Below, in pieces: positions 61,641 to 64,000 of a stretch of DNA of 64,000 nt. The position numbers and the translations under genes are program-made. Where the stretch lies: IMG/VR virus record IMGVR_UViG_3300029488_000242; one strand, 5' to 3'. Under the pieces are notes generated by a model. The model saw only the letters and a list, made by a program, of their open reading frames with translations, was not told the origin of the DNA and did no database searches. This stretch comes from a virus (taxonomy: Duplodnaviria; Heunggongvirae; Uroviricota; Caudoviricetes). Within the stretch, counting starts at the first letter, position 1. The number at the start of each line of letters is the position of its first letter.

Positions 61641-61979
61641 ATGACACTACACAGTTATTACACTAATTCTGGTAAGGATTTAATACTCGATTATATAAAT
61701 AATTTGCCAGAAGATGAAAAGACAGATGGATTTTCTGTTATGGAATGTATGGAAAACGGAGAGTTTGACAAAATAAGGTTTAAGCGTTGGGAAAAGAAAG
61801 TGTATGAAGTATATTTTCAAAAACACAATCGTATATTTTATATTACGGTAGATAAAGAGAATATATATTTGCTACACGTTTGCAGAAAACAGAAAAACAA
61901 GACGGAAAAGACAGATGTAAAAATTGTTCGGAAACGAGCAAAAGAACTTGGAAATTATTTAGGCAAAACATTTATATAA
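61641..61979 (+). CDS. RelE/ParE-superfamily (HigB/Gp49-like) toxin
   Basis: YYTNSGK..I.DYI..L, VYEV..NRIFY, LLHVCRKQKNKT. Confidence 0.8.
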   Translation: MTLHSYYTNSGKDLILDYINNLPEDEKTDGFSVMECMENGEFDKIRFKRWEKKVYEVYFQKHNRIFYITVDKENIYLLHVCRKQKNKTEKTDVKIVRKRAKELGNYLGKTFI

Positions 61980-61986
61980 GGAGGTA

Positions 61987-62289
61987 ATGATTATGCCATT
62001 CATAGAAATTAATGTAAAAAGCGAAATAGAAAAGCAGAGAGAAGCAGATCCAAAATTTAAAAAGGCATGGGACGAATCCCGTGCCGAATATAAATTAATA
62101 GGTGAAATGATTAGTTTACGGAAACAAGAAAACGTAACGCAAAAGGAATTAGCAGTATTAACAGGAAACAAACAACAAGTAATCTCACGAATTGAACGAA
62201 AAGAAAGCATTCCAACTATTAGAGCGTTCAGTCATATATTGGATGCCCTTGGGTATGAATTGCAAATTGTAAAAAAGAAATCAATGTAA
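61987..62289 (+). CDS. XRE-HTH antitoxin (HigA-like)
   Basis: DPKFKKAW, TQKELA...QQVISRIE...PTIR; downstream of toxin. Confidence 0.85.
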   Translation: MIMPFIEINVKSEIEKQREADPKFKKAWDESRAEYKLIGEMISLRKQENVTQKELAVLTGNKQQVISRIERKESIPTIRAFSHILDALGYELQIVKKKSM

Positions 62290-62451
62290 ATTAAATATGT
62301 GTAGTGTTTATAGCATCTTATGGAAACATAGGGTGCTATTTTTATACCCTAAATTAAGGAGAAAACCACCATAACACAAAACGGAAACAGCATAACAATT
62401 TATACAGACACAGATTGCTATGATTTCACAATAAGAAGGGAGAATATTAAT

Positions 62452-62625
62452 ATGTCAGAAAAACACAAACAAGTTCATACTGCCTACTGCGACTATCAGA
62501 TTGCAAAGGCAAATAAACCTTCACGGGTTTACTCTGTAAAGACAGAAACGAAAGGCAACAAAGGAGTTAAGACAACAGGTTTATCAAAAGCAATGTTAGC
62601 GAAACAGTTGTCAATGTTGATTTAG
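62452..62625 (+). CDS. small hypothetical protein, 57 aa
   Basis: MSEKHKQVH...; GAAGGGAG RBS. Confidence 0.5.
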   Translation: MSEKHKQVHTAYCDYQIAKANKPSRVYSVKTETKGNKGVKTTGLSKAMLAKQLSMLI

Positions 62626-62641
62626 AAGGGAGAATACAACT

Positions 62642-62782
62642 ATGAGTAAAATAAAATATGATGCAATCAGAATTGCAAAGCAATTACTGTATTCAGAAGA
62701 CACATTGCAAGCAATAGCCAACGCAAAAACGGAGAGTGAAATTTCACGTATTATGCGTGATGCAAGATTAAAGGAGGTATAA
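62642..62782 (+). CDS. small hypothetical protein, 46 aa
   Basis: MSKIKYDAIRIAKQL...; GAAGGGAG RBS. Confidence 0.55.
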   Translation: MSKIKYDAIRIAKQLLYSEDTLQAIANAKTESEISRIMRDARLKEV

Positions 62783-62788
62783 GGCAGA

Positions 62789-63025
62789 ATGGAAGCATTT
62801 AATTTTAGAATTATCAAGACAGCAAACGGAGCTGAAATAATAGACAGTACTCTATCAACTCCATATAATTCATTAACTCCATTACAGATGATGGATTATA
62901 TCAATGTGGAAAACAGTCTGTATTTTACAGAAAGAAAGAGAAGATTACAGAAGGCAACCGAACCAACAGTCATTGATAAGGTAAAGAATTTTGCAAGGAG
63001 GATAATACATGAAGGGATATTATAA
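62789..63025 (+). CDS. hypothetical protein
   Basis: 78 aa, AAGGAGG RBS. Confidence 0.6.
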   Translation: MEAFNFRIIKTANGAEIIDSTLSTPYNSLTPLQMMDYINVENSLYFTERKRRLQKATEPTVIDKVKNFARRIIHEGIL

Positions 63026-63128
63026 CGGATTTGCCTATATGGGATTTGTGCCAAGTATAGGCAAATATCAGCAGTTTGAAAGCGAAAATGCTTACAGAAA
63101 TTATTTAAAAGAAAGAGGTGAAATATAA
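63009..63128 (+). CDS. small hypothetical protein, 39 aa
   Basis: MKGYYNGFAYMGFVPS...; AAGGAGG RBS. Confidence 0.55.
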   Translation: MKGYYNGFAYMGFVPSIGKYQQFESENAYRNYLKERGEI

Positions 63129-63292
63129 TGAAGTACATAACCTATGAAGAACCGCTAAAAGGCAAAACATTCACAGAAAAGCAGACGCATGAAGTCTATA
63201 GAGACTTAGCAGATAAGACAGAATATCCAGACTTTGAGTGTTGGAAATCAGATATGCTCAAGTCAGGAGTATTTGAAAAGTTTAGCAACTAA
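63128..63292 (+). CDS. small hypothetical protein, 54 aa
   Basis: MKYITYEE...EYPDFECW; TAATG coupling. Confidence 0.55.
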   Translation: MKYITYEEPLKGKTFTEKQTHEVYRDLADKTEYPDFECWKSDMLKSGVFEKFSN

Positions 63293-63371
63293 ACGGTTTG
63301 TCAAAAGGCAAGCCGTTATTTTTTACCCAAAATACATATCAAAAATATTAAAAGAAAAGAGGTAGTTAATT

Positions 63372-64000
63372 ATGTGCAAAATTAATGGAAAGAAGTTAAA
63401 GGAGATTAGAGAAAGAGAAGGTTTAACATTGCAGGATGTCGCTAAAGGTTGCGGAGTCTCTTACTCAACAATATCAAAGTATGAAAGCGAGATTAATAAT
63501 CCATCTGATGCAACAGTAGATAAGATATGTCTGCTTTTAAAGATAAACAAAAATGATATTGAAGTTGCTGATGTTGGATATAGTTTTACATCAGGCGAAG
63601 GTAAACTAACTGAAAAGATAAGAAAGAAGAAAGGCTTTATTCGTTATTCAACTCCACGGAATACAGAAGAGTTTATACAGGCTCACTCAAATGCAGGAGA
63701 AAGTATGGAAATGAAAGAAGTTGATTGTGCATTAAAGAACTCTTTCAGTATTGCCTCAAAGCGATACATTCTTATCAATCCAACATTCATACATATACCA
63801 GATTGGCAGAGAGATACGGATATGGCAAAGGTGCAGGAAATAGCACAGTATTTTAATGAAGATAAATTTGATCCAGTTAAAGTATATGTTAGGAATGGAA
63901 AATTATTTGTGGCAGATGGAGCACATAGAGTTGTTGCATTTGTAATCAATGGAGAAATAAAAATGCTTGTTGAAGTGCTTAATTGTTCAGAATATGAGGC
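63372..64000 (+). CDS. XRE-HTH fused to ParB/Srx-like domain, runs off the right edge
   Basis: LKEIREREGLTLQDVAKGCGVSYSTISKYE...IPDWQR...FDPVKV...VADGAHRV. Confidence 0.7.
   Translation, partial: MCKINGKKLKEIREREGLTLQDVAKGCGVSYSTISKYESEINNPSDATVDKICLLLKINKNDIEVADVGYSFTSGEGKLTEKIRKKKGFIRYSTPRNTEEFIQAHSNAGESMEMKEVDCALKNSFSIASKRYILINPTFIHIPDWQRDTDMAKVQEIAQYFNEDKFDPVKVYVRNGKLFVADGAHRVVAFVINGEIKMLVEVLNCSEYE

Larger units (their letters stand above)
58337..63294. repeat. eight dispersed palindromes GTTTAG-N3-CTAAAC
   Basis: 58337 (N4), 58365, 59186, 59222, 59641, 60880, 60904, 63280. Confidence 0.85.

Noticed and set aside
58337..63294. CRISPR array
   Set aside because: Repeats are 15 bp, irregularly spaced across genes, with no cas genes

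Overview
AT-rich segment of a large SPbeta-like siphovirus (phage or prophage; a Clostridia/Lachnospiraceae-type host is inferred from gene content and sigma-A/RBS signals). Positions 1-56640 are almost all minus strand. Read in transcription order they hold a replication/nucleotide gene cluster, a YonO-type single-subunit RNA polymerase, a region with six tRNAs plus a pseudo-tRNA, two long structured non-coding blocks, HU, an amidase and a tyrosine recombinase, then terminase-portal-protease-capsid-connector-tail genes, holins, tape measure, Dit, Tal-like and BppU/fibre genes. After a 1.7 kb strand-skewed non-coding gap, a plus-strand early region starts at 58409 with small genes, a RelE/HigB-HigA-type TA pair, 8 palindromic operators and a hammerhead-like RNA. 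Main result: the apparently split tape-measure gene is best explained as one 2349-aa gene interrupted by a 2226-nt group I-type intron. That intron has a 26-nt internal guide pairing continuously across both exons and carries four non-endonuclease cargo ORFs, three of them antisense. A second, conventional group I intron with a GIY-YIG homing endonuclease interrupts terL. All calls come from reading the sequence; no searches or folding programs were run.
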